Source of the DNA: Acidobacteriota bacterium
GTDB taxonomy: Bacteria > Acidobacteriota > Thermoanaerobaculia > Multivoradales > JBCCEF01
Assembly (NCBI GenBank): GCA_039030395.1
Contig: JBCCEF010000020.1
Coordinates: 17,364 to 81,363 of the forward strand
Length of the DNA: 64,000 nucleotides
Direction: 5' to 3'
The notes beneath the pieces were generated by a model. The model saw nothing but the letters and a program-made list of their open reading frames with translations, was not told the DNA's origin and searched no databases. This document shows, piece after piece, positions 8,935 to 15,433 of the stretch. Each line of letters starts with the position of its first letter. The stretch's first letter is position 1. A program made the translations under genes and the position numbers.

Positions 8935-9155
8935 GGCACTTCTCCTCCTTGGCTTCCCGGCCTACAGGGAGCATTGAAGTCGCCAAAAGAATATTTCTTC
9001 ATCGACTTGCTAGGTTATCAGGAGATTTTTTGATATGGTTGTATGGATAAATACAGAGGTCAGTAGTAAAACAACGCGTGTTCGGCTTCGTAGCCGACCG
9101 GTGTTCGCGAGCCGCGATAGCTGCTCATTCTCGAAATCGACTAAGGAGGTTGTTT
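8935..9155. promoter_or_regulatory. AT-rich divergent intergenic region between the SpaB_C/dehydratase operon (-) and the precursor operon (+); likely divergent promoters/operators
   Basis: This is the most A/T-rich stretch in the left part of the window (..aaaagaatatttcttcatcgacttgctaggttatcaggagattttttgatatggttgtatggataaatacag..). It contains TTGCTA/TTGATA-type hexamers and an imperfect inverted repeat AAGTCG-N-CGACTT. The exact -35/-10 elements could not be fixed by eye. Confidence 0.45.
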
Positions 9156-9308
9156 ATGTCAGATGACGTTAAGAAGGGCCTGGACAAACTGGAGAACGTC
9201 GACATCACCGAGATTTCGGACGAGGATCTCGAAGGAGTGTCCGGTGGCGCCGAGATCGACGAAGGCGACTGCGACTCGTGGTGGTGCTGTTCGAACACCA
9301 ACGCATAA
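9156..9308 (+). CDS. RiPP precursor peptide (50 aa): MSDDVKKGLDKLENVDITEISDEDLEGVSGG / AEIDEGDCDSWWCCSNTNA
   Basis: A perfect AAGGAGG sits 6 nt upstream of ATG 9156. The leader is acidic and ends in the double-Gly-type motif LEGVSGG. The C-terminal 19 aa contain 3 Cys and 3 Ser/Thr. The gene lies directly between dehydratase-family genes. The upstream 26 codons of ORF 9078-9308 lack an RBS and look non-coding. Confidence 0.85.
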   Translation: MSDDVKKGLDKLENVDITEISDEDLEGVSGGAEIDEGDCDSWWCCSNTNA

Positions 9309-9329
9309 GCTGATTGGACAACCCGCAAG

Positions 9330-9372
9330 CGGCCCGCCCGCGTCCTCGACGCTGCGCGGGCCGTTTCCTTTT
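9330..9372 (+). terminator. GC-rich stem-loop plus T-rich tail immediately after the precursor gene (candidate attenuator / partial terminator)
   Basis: cggcccgc (9330-9337) pairs with gcgggccg (9356-9363). An inner stem gcgtc/gacgc is present, and the structure is followed by TTTCCTTTT (9364-9372). It sits between the precursor gene and the next biosynthetic gene. Confidence 0.5.
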
Positions 9373-9432
9373 GCGGCGAATCTCCAACGGGCATCCTCCG
9401 CAGGCGCCAGTCCAAGGAGCCTTCCCTTCCCT

Positions 9433-10491
9433 ATGACCATCCGCAATGGTCTCGCCGCCGGACACTGGACCGGCCATCACCTCCACTACCATGGGGAGCA
9501 GGACCTGCTTCTCGCTTCCCTCCTGATCCCGATCCTCCACCGGTGGTTTGCCGCCGGTTCCCTCGAACGCTTTTTCTTTGTCCGCTATGCCCTCGGCGGA
9601 CCCCACATTCGGCTGCGCTGCCGCTGGCGGGATACGAACGCCGAAGGCCGCTTTCAGGACGAACTCACCCGCGTCGCCACCCGCTTCTTCGAGCGGCACC
9701 CCTCCGCCTCGAGCTGGTCGCCGGACACCATCCGGCAGCGCAACCGAGGCATTCTTGCGCACGATCCCAGTGAAGTGGACGACGTGGTCTATCCGGACCA
9801 CTACGTGCGGCAGGTGATTTTCGAACCGGAGACCGACCGCTACGGTGGCGAGGCGCTCGTCGCCGCCTCGCTGGAGGTCTTTTGCCTCTCGAGTCTAGCC
9901 GTCTGTGACGCCTTGGCCAGTGCGGAGTTCTCCCCGAAGGAATCGAAATACGCCCTCCAAGTACTCGCCGCTCAAGCGGTGGCGAGCGTCGAGGATACGC
10001 TCGACTTCAGCCGCTTGATGGAGAGCCTCGGTGAGCGAGCACGGCGGCGCTTTCCGGCGGCCCTCGACCAGGCGGACGAACGGTTCGCCCAGACGGGCCG
10101 GGCCTTCTCTCGCGGTCTTTACGGTCAGCTCCGTGGCCCAGCTTCCGACGCCGTGGACCGTCTCCAGGCGGGACTCCGGCTGTTGCGCCGGCAGTTGGGC
10201 GAGGTCGGCGATTCGGCATCGACGGTCCTGATGAGCCAGCTCCACATGACGGCGAATCGCCTTGGCCTGTCGAACCTCCGCGAAGTCTATCTGTTGCGGC
10301 TTCTCGAGTGCGCCGCGGGCCAGTGGCTGGAGGAGGATCTTGCCCTGCCGCCGACCTCCGGCCAGCCATCGGCGGGCGCTCCCGATTCGCTGGCTGAACT
10401 CGTCAACGGAGGACTCGACCGCTTCGCCTCGTCCGGTGACTCCAGTACACTTCAGCCGGTGGATTCTCGAGCACAGCGGAGGGGACCATGA
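9433..10491 (+). CDS. SpaB_C / Lant_dehydr_C-like protein, copy 2 (most canonical; likely the glutamate-elimination partner)
   Basis: It carries ERFFFVRYALGGPHIRLRCRW (compare NisB FFLRYTDPKPHIRLRIK) and FEPETDRYGGEAL (compare NisB YDQEVERYGG). The start is taken at ATG 9433; the upstream part of ORF 9163-10491 overlaps the precursor gene and is Arg/Pro-rich. The stop overlaps the next start (ATGA). Confidence 0.8.
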   Translation: MTIRNGLAAGHWTGHHLHYHGEQDLLLASLLIPILHRWFAAGSLERFFFVRYALGGPHIRLRCRWRDTNAEGRFQDELTRVATRFFERHPSASSWSPDTIRQRNRGILAHDPSEVDDVVYPDHYVRQVIFEPETDRYGGEALVAASLEVFCLSSLAVCDALASAEFSPKESKYALQVLAAQAVASVEDTLDFSRLMESLGERARRRFPAALDQADERFAQTGRAFSRGLYGQLRGPASDAVDRLQAGLRLLRRQLGEVGDSASTVLMSQLHMTANRLGLSNLREVYLLRLLECAAGQWLEEDLALPPTSGQPSAGAPDSLAELVNGGLDRFASSGDSSTLQPVDSRAQRRGP

Positions 10492-11723
10492 CAGGGTCGG
10501 TAGAGACCATCTTTACGGCTGAACGGTTGTTTTCTCCTCTCGGGCTCAGCACTTTTGTCGCCCAGTATTGGCAGTCGCAACACCTGCTGCTGCAGCGTGA
10601 TCACTCCTCTCACTACGGCGACCTGTTTCGCCTTCGAGACATCGACCGCTACCTGACGCTGGCGGCGGAAACAGGGCTGGGCAACATCTCCCTCATCCGG
10701 GACGGCAAGGTCACCCGAAAGTTGCGGCCAAGGGGACTCGACGTCCGACAGCTCTACTCCGCTCTAGGCAACGGCTCGACCCTTCTCTTCGAGCAGATCG
10801 ATCACCTCTGGATGCCGGTGCGTGAGCTGGCGGCGGACCTCGCTCGGTCACTCAGTGCGCGAGTGAAGGTCAACGTGTACCTGACGCCCCCGGGCCGCCA
10901 GGGCGCACCGATTCACCCGGACATTCAAGATGTTTTCGTCCTGCAGCTCGAAGGGGCCAAGGAATGGCACTTGTATGGCGAGTCCATGTACGAGCCGGTG
11001 GAGACCACCGAATACCTGACGGAACTCGGCTACAGAAGGCCGGTCATGCCGAAGGAACCCGAGGCCATGCCGCCGGTGACCCTCGAGCCCGGCGATCTGC
11101 TCTATATGCCGAGGGGCCTCCTCCACCGCGCCGTAGCCCCGGCGGATCGCCCGTCGCTCCACCTGACCGTGTGCGCAACGCCGATCTACTGGGTGGATTT
11201 CCTCAAGGTGGCCATTGAGGCTGCTTCGCTGGAGCGTCCGGAACTCGCCGCGGCTCTGCCTCCGGGATTCGAATGGGCCGGCGTCGACGCCACTCTGCAG
11301 GAAGCCTTCGAGAGCGCCGTCGATCTGGTGCGGCGGGGGACTTCCTTCGCTACCGTGGCTCAGGCTTTTGCTCAGCGGACCGAGAAGCTTCCCGGAGATG
11401 GCCATTTCCATACCCTCCTGCACCTCGAAGAGATCACCGCAGAGACCGTCCTTGAAGCTCGGACCGGCTCCCCCTGCGAGATTGTCCACCGGGGCGACAA
11501 GGTCGAACTGCGGTGCGGTTCCATCAAGCTCCAGGGACCCGCCGGTGTGGCACAGGCCTTCGAACGGATACGCGATCGGCCGCGGCTACGGGTGGCGGAG
11601 TTCTCCGAAGACTTGAGTGCAGAGGCGAAGGTTTCCCTCGCCCGGCGCCTGGTGTCCGAGGGACTGCTGCGGGTCGCCGGCCGTGCCGTCGCAACCGCTG
11701 AGGGCGCCGTGAAGACAGGGTAG
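10488..11723 (+). CDS. JmjC / cupin-4 (ribosomal-oxygenase-like) Fe(II)/2-oxoglutarate-dependent oxygenase
   Basis: The segment GAPIHPDIQDVFVLQLEGAKEWHLY contains the HxD facial-triad residues and the DVF.lQ.eG.K.W signature. PGDLLYMPRGLLHRAVA contains the distal His. There is an ATGA overlap with the upstream gene. The last codons and the stop lie inside the transposon's left inverted repeat. Confidence 0.8.
   Translation: MTGSVETIFTAERLFSPLGLSTFVAQYWQSQHLLLQRDHSSHYGDLFRLRDIDRYLTLAAETGLGNISLIRDGKVTRKLRPRGLDVRQLYSALGNGSTLLFEQIDHLWMPVRELAADLARSLSARVKVNVYLTPPGRQGAPIHPDIQDVFVLQLEGAKEWHLYGESMYEPVETTEYLTELGYRRPVMPKEPEAMPPVTLEPGDLLYMPRGLLHRAVAPADRPSLHLTVCATPIYWVDFLKVAIEAASLERPELAAALPPGFEWAGVDATLQEAFESAVDLVRRGTSFATVAQAFAQRTEKLPGDGHFHTLLHLEEITAETVLEARTGSPCEIVHRGDKVELRCGSIKLQGPAGVAQAFERIRDRPRLRVAEFSEDLSAEAKVSLARRLVSEGLLRVAGRAVATAEGAVKTG
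11712..11716. repeat. 5-bp target-site duplication AAGAC (left copy)
   Basis: An identical AAGAC directly abuts the outer end of both terminal inverted repeats (11712-11716 and 18260-18264). Confidence 0.85.
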
Positions 11724-11760
11724 CGGGCAGAAAGCTGCAACCGTATACGGTAGGGCGCTC
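11717..11760. repeat. Tn3-family left terminal inverted repeat (IR-L)
   Basis: The sequence is AGGGTAGCGGGCAGAAAGCTGCAACCGTATACGGTAGGGCGCTC. The reverse complement of 18216-18259 is AGGGTACCGGGCAGAAAGCTATAACCGAATACGGTAGGCCGCTC. Confidence 0.85.
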
Positions 11761-11973
11761 CCCCGAGCGGTCCGGGAAGTTCTTGGAGTCTTTTCGACGC
11801 GCCCAGGGTCCCTTTCTTGCCGGCCCTGGCGGGCTCCTTCTTTGCCGGGCGAAGTTGCTGAATTGGCTCGAATCATGCGACACATCGCGTTGGAGTAGTC
11901 TGATGACATGGGTGGTTAGTGCTATATTTCGCGGGAATTCTCTTGCTTAGGAAATTCGTGCCGGGATTGTCAC

Positions 11974-13572
11974 ATGTCGGTACTCAAGGCCCCGGTAGAC
12001 TGTCGAATGCCGCAAACCTCCAACGCTTCACGAGCCACAGTCGAAACTGCTTCGCCGCGTGGCAGCGCCCTGCTGTCGGTATTGCTTGTCATAAGCCTCG
12101 CGGGGATGGCGCCAGCTCTAGCGCAGGAAGCCGGTTGCCCGACCAACGTACCGGCGACTGTGATTCAGAGCCTCGAGAACGCCGAGATCCGCGCCCAGGC
12201 AGGGCAGGCGCCGAACTGGGCTCAGATAGGCGGTGACTACCAAAGGGCTCTTCGGCTGGTCCAGGCTCAGATTCGAGAGCACGAGAGCAAGCTGCGCCAA
12301 TACGAAGCCGGGATCGCGCAAGGTAACGGTGCGCAGTGGAGGAAGGCCGCCTCCCTGACGCGAGACGGTCTCAAACTCAACCGAGCCGCAGCCCAAGTCC
12401 TCGCCTGTCACGCTCGGCGGTCGCATGGAGGCGCCACAGGCGCCCCCGGCTCGAGGTCATCGCAAGAGACTCTCTTCGGCGAGACCGTCCGTCCGGTTGG
12501 CAGGGAGCCGAGGTCCCGAGGCTGGGGCCCCCGCCGCTCCCAAACCGACGATCTACCGCGGGCGGACCTGGGTGAGGCTTTCGACACAGCCCTGGATGAG
12601 CTGCTAGAGGGCCTCCTGGACTGGGAAAACGACCCAGGAGAAGAGACCGAATCAGGGGCCAACTCCGGTCCCGAAACCGGCTGTAAGGCTCAGGTCACTG
12701 CGCGACTCAAGACTGACAACACGGGACAAGTCTTCCTTGACGTTCGCGCCAGCTCTGATGAACCGAGTGCCAACGTCTCCTTTCAGCTTTCCAACCCAGG
12801 CCTCACAGAGCGGCCCTTCGGAGATCCGGTGTTCTTGGAAACCACCGAAGGGTTCGCCGAGCTGTCCATCCCACTGGCGCACGCCAGGCGCGATGCTGCG
12901 ACCGAGTCCTCCCCATGCAGCAATCTCGAAGAAGCCAGCCGGCAGCTTCGAGAGAACTGGACTCGGCTCTCAACCAAGTACGACGTTCTGGACACCTACC
13001 TGTCAGAGGTCAGCCGCTATCGCGAGGAGTTCTCAGAGACAGAGACATGGGTAGCTGTGGGCTATATCGCTCTCGCGTTTAAGCAGGTTGCCGAGACCCT
13101 GGAGGTGTACCTAATGGGTTCGAGCCTCAGCACCTGCGTCGGCGGCTTGGCGAACGCCACGATCTCCGAGATTGTCTCCCCGGCCTCCTGCCTCGCCGGC
13201 GGGAACTGCCTGTACGACTTCCTAAACAAGCACGCAAGTCTATGGCTGGAGGCAGCCTCCTGCACTGGATCACAGATCGCCGCGACCATCTCCGGCATCA
13301 AGGGTCGACTGGACTTTGTGATCAGCACCGCTGAGAACTACTCGCACCTGCAGGATATCAACGAGTTCAGGGACATCGTCCGCGGGAACATGCTTCGTCT
13401 CGAAGGCGAGCTAAGGAAGGGTGACGCCAAGCTGAAGCAGCTCGCGAACAGTCGCCGCGAGGTTGAAGAGGCGATACAAGCTCTCCACTCTTCGTGCCGA
13501 TCCTCGGCCCTTGAGGGGATCGCAGTGAAAGTCCTTTCCTGTCAAGTCAAGCTTCCGGAACCGCTCGGATAG
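11974..13572 (+). CDS. transposon passenger 1: secreted hypothetical protein (532 aa)
   Basis: The N-terminus is signal-peptide-like (ALLSVLLVISLAGMAPALAQEAG). Coiled-coil-like segments are present. GC content is lower than in the host flanks. No recognisable domain was found. Confidence 0.6.
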   Translation: MSVLKAPVDCRMPQTSNASRATVETASPRGSALLSVLLVISLAGMAPALAQEAGCPTNVPATVIQSLENAEIRAQAGQAPNWAQIGGDYQRALRLVQAQIREHESKLRQYEAGIAQGNGAQWRKAASLTRDGLKLNRAAAQVLACHARRSHGGATGAPGSRSSQETLFGETVRPVGREPRSRGWGPRRSQTDDLPRADLGEAFDTALDELLEGLLDWENDPGEETESGANSGPETGCKAQVTARLKTDNTGQVFLDVRASSDEPSANVSFQLSNPGLTERPFGDPVFLETTEGFAELSIPLAHARRDAATESSPCSNLEEASRQLRENWTRLSTKYDVLDTYLSEVSRYREEFSETETWVAVGYIALAFKQVAETLEVYLMGSSLSTCVGGLANATISEIVSPASCLAGGNCLYDFLNKHASLWLEAASCTGSQIAATISGIKGRLDFVISTAENYSHLQDINEFRDIVRGNMLRLEGELRKGDAKLKQLANSRREVEEAIQALHSSCRSSALEGIAVKVLSCQVKLPEPLG

Positions 13573-13671
13573 GAGGCCATGCGGTTCATCGAGCTTGTCT
13601 TGATGCGTCCCCGGTCTCGCCGCCTACCCGTTCCCATACAGCCAGGTAGAAACAACACTGGAGGAGCGCGC

Positions 13672-15162
13672 ATGTATACCATTACGAGACAATCGAACCT
13701 TCGGCCAGTCCTGGATCTCGCTCTTGCGGCGCTTCTGCTCGCTTTCTCCGCGACGTCGGCGCTCGCGGAGGATCCAATTGAGGCTCGATACCAAGGTGGC
13801 GACTACAGTGGTGCGATCGAGTTTGCCGAGAATCGCCTCAAAGAGGCCCCGGAGGATCTGCGTGCCCGCAAGCTGATGCTCGCTGCGCTGCTCAAGCTTG
13901 GGGATGCTCATTTCGCTCGGACGCTACTGGATGACCTGCCCAACGACCGTGCGCATGAGCGCTTCAAGCAAAGTGCAGAGAGAATCCTTGAGCGGTTTGA
14001 GGCTAGGGAGCTGGACGAGGCCAAGATCATCGCCGCTCTTGCGCACTTCCAGACCGACTCGGCAATAGACGTGATCCGTGAATCCCATTTTACGCAGCTG
14101 GAAAAGAAACTCCTAGAGTCGCAGATTCTGGCCCTTTCTGGGCGCTTTTCCGAGGCGCTTGGGGCCATCTCAGGCGCTGAGGTTTCGAGCTACTCGCAGA
14201 AGAAGCTTCTAGACGACCTCACATCGCGGACTCGGGAGAAGGCCCAGCGTTTTGAAGAGTTGTGGGACAGCGAGATTCGCTTTTTTGTAGATTCGCCAGA
14301 GTCGTCTGCCCACTGGGGCTACTGCACCAAGTCAATACCTAACTACACCCTCGAAGACTTCGTCAGAGTTGTTGACGATGTGGCACAGCTCGCACCCCTA
14401 GACGGCCGAGTGCTAGACCTTATCTTCTTGTCTTCGCTCTTCGTCACGGACGACTACGAGCCTGTGCGGAGACTGGGCGAGGCCATCTTGTCGGCGAAGG
14501 GTAGCCTAGGCTTTTGGGCGCACTCCAGAGACTTCCACTACCGATTGGTCGTTGACAGTCGACAGCGGACAGTGAGCATCCAAGAGCAGCGGCCAATCGA
14601 AACGAGCTTTCGGCAAAATTTGATGGGCACTGGATGCAAGAAATCGAAGCAGTCCTACGGGAATCCATTAAAGCCGTATCGGGTCTCGTTCGATGCAATC
14701 CGAAGTGTGGAGCAGCACAATGGCGGAAACAACAGCTTTGATGACAGTTTCATAGGCTTCAACGGCCAACACGAATCCGGTAACCTCAAGGTTGCCACGC
14801 TCGTCTTCTGGGAGTGGGGCCGAGCCGCGGAAAGTGCGGTCTACCGGAAGCTGGGGCGGTTCTTCGTGGACCTTTTTGGGGTCTCTGCTGCCAAACTGGT
14901 TCCGGAGCGCCAGGACCTGGGCTCTGGTGCCCTAGCGCTAGTGTTCGGAGCTGCCTACGGCCTTCAGGCCCTGAACCAGGGGACCTCCTTCGACATAGCG
15001 GCGTTTCAGCAGGACTTGATGGACGGCGCAAAGCTGCTGGAGGAAGCGAACGCCCAGAACCGGGAGCGGCGGATCGCCTGGATGCAGCACCTCAAGTCTG
15101 AGGAGATTCTCAGCATCGACGAGTCGCGATTCGAGTCCTTAGAAGACCTTCTCGGGAGCTAA
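13672..15162 (+). CDS. transposon passenger 2: secreted hypothetical protein with a TPR-like N-terminal region
   Basis: GGAGGA lies 6 nt upstream of ATG 13672. A signal peptide is present (LALAALLLAFSATSALAEDP). Helical-repeat-like sequence follows (EAPEDLRARKLMLAALLKLGDAHFAR). Confidence 0.6.
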   Translation: MYTITRQSNLRPVLDLALAALLLAFSATSALAEDPIEARYQGGDYSGAIEFAENRLKEAPEDLRARKLMLAALLKLGDAHFARTLLDDLPNDRAHERFKQSAERILERFEARELDEAKIIAALAHFQTDSAIDVIRESHFTQLEKKLLESQILALSGRFSEALGAISGAEVSSYSQKKLLDDLTSRTREKAQRFEELWDSEIRFFVDSPESSAHWGYCTKSIPNYTLEDFVRVVDDVAQLAPLDGRVLDLIFLSSLFVTDDYEPVRRLGEAILSAKGSLGFWAHSRDFHYRLVVDSRQRTVSIQEQRPIETSFRQNLMGTGCKKSKQSYGNPLKPYRVSFDAIRSVEQHNGGNNSFDDSFIGFNGQHESGNLKVATLVFWEWGRAAESAVYRKLGRFFVDLFGVSAAKLVPERQDLGSGALALVFGAAYGLQALNQGTSFDIAAFQQDLMDGAKLLEEANAQNRERRIAWMQHLKSEEILSIDESRFESLEDLLGS

Positions 15163-15433
15163 TACGATTTCGCAGACCGTAGAGAGAGCGAAGTCGAGGC
15201 CGCTCTCCGAGGCTCTGCACCAGTCCAGAGAGTCCGTGACGGGGTATGATTGCGCGGTACGATCGCAAAAGCGAAATCGACACCCCGCAACCGAGATGCC
15301 CAGCGACTCGCCAAGATCCTTCGGGACGGAGGCTACTCCTATGACCAGGCGAAGCATCTGGTCGCCGAGGCGCGACGCCTGGTCGGCCTGAAGCCGCCGC
15401 GTCGACGCAAAGGCAGCGTTGATCGCTTGACCC

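Noticed and set aside
9078-9155. A longer 76-aa version of the precursor starting at 9078, and ORF 9163-9432 as an N-terminal extension of SpaB_C-like copy 2
   Set aside because: Neither alternative start has an RBS, whereas AAGGAGG-N6 precedes ATG 9156. The 9163-9432 stretch overlaps the precursor gene and terminator hairpin and translates to Arg/Pro/Thr-rich low-complexity sequence. ATG 9433 gives a protein collinear with the other SpaB_C-like copies.
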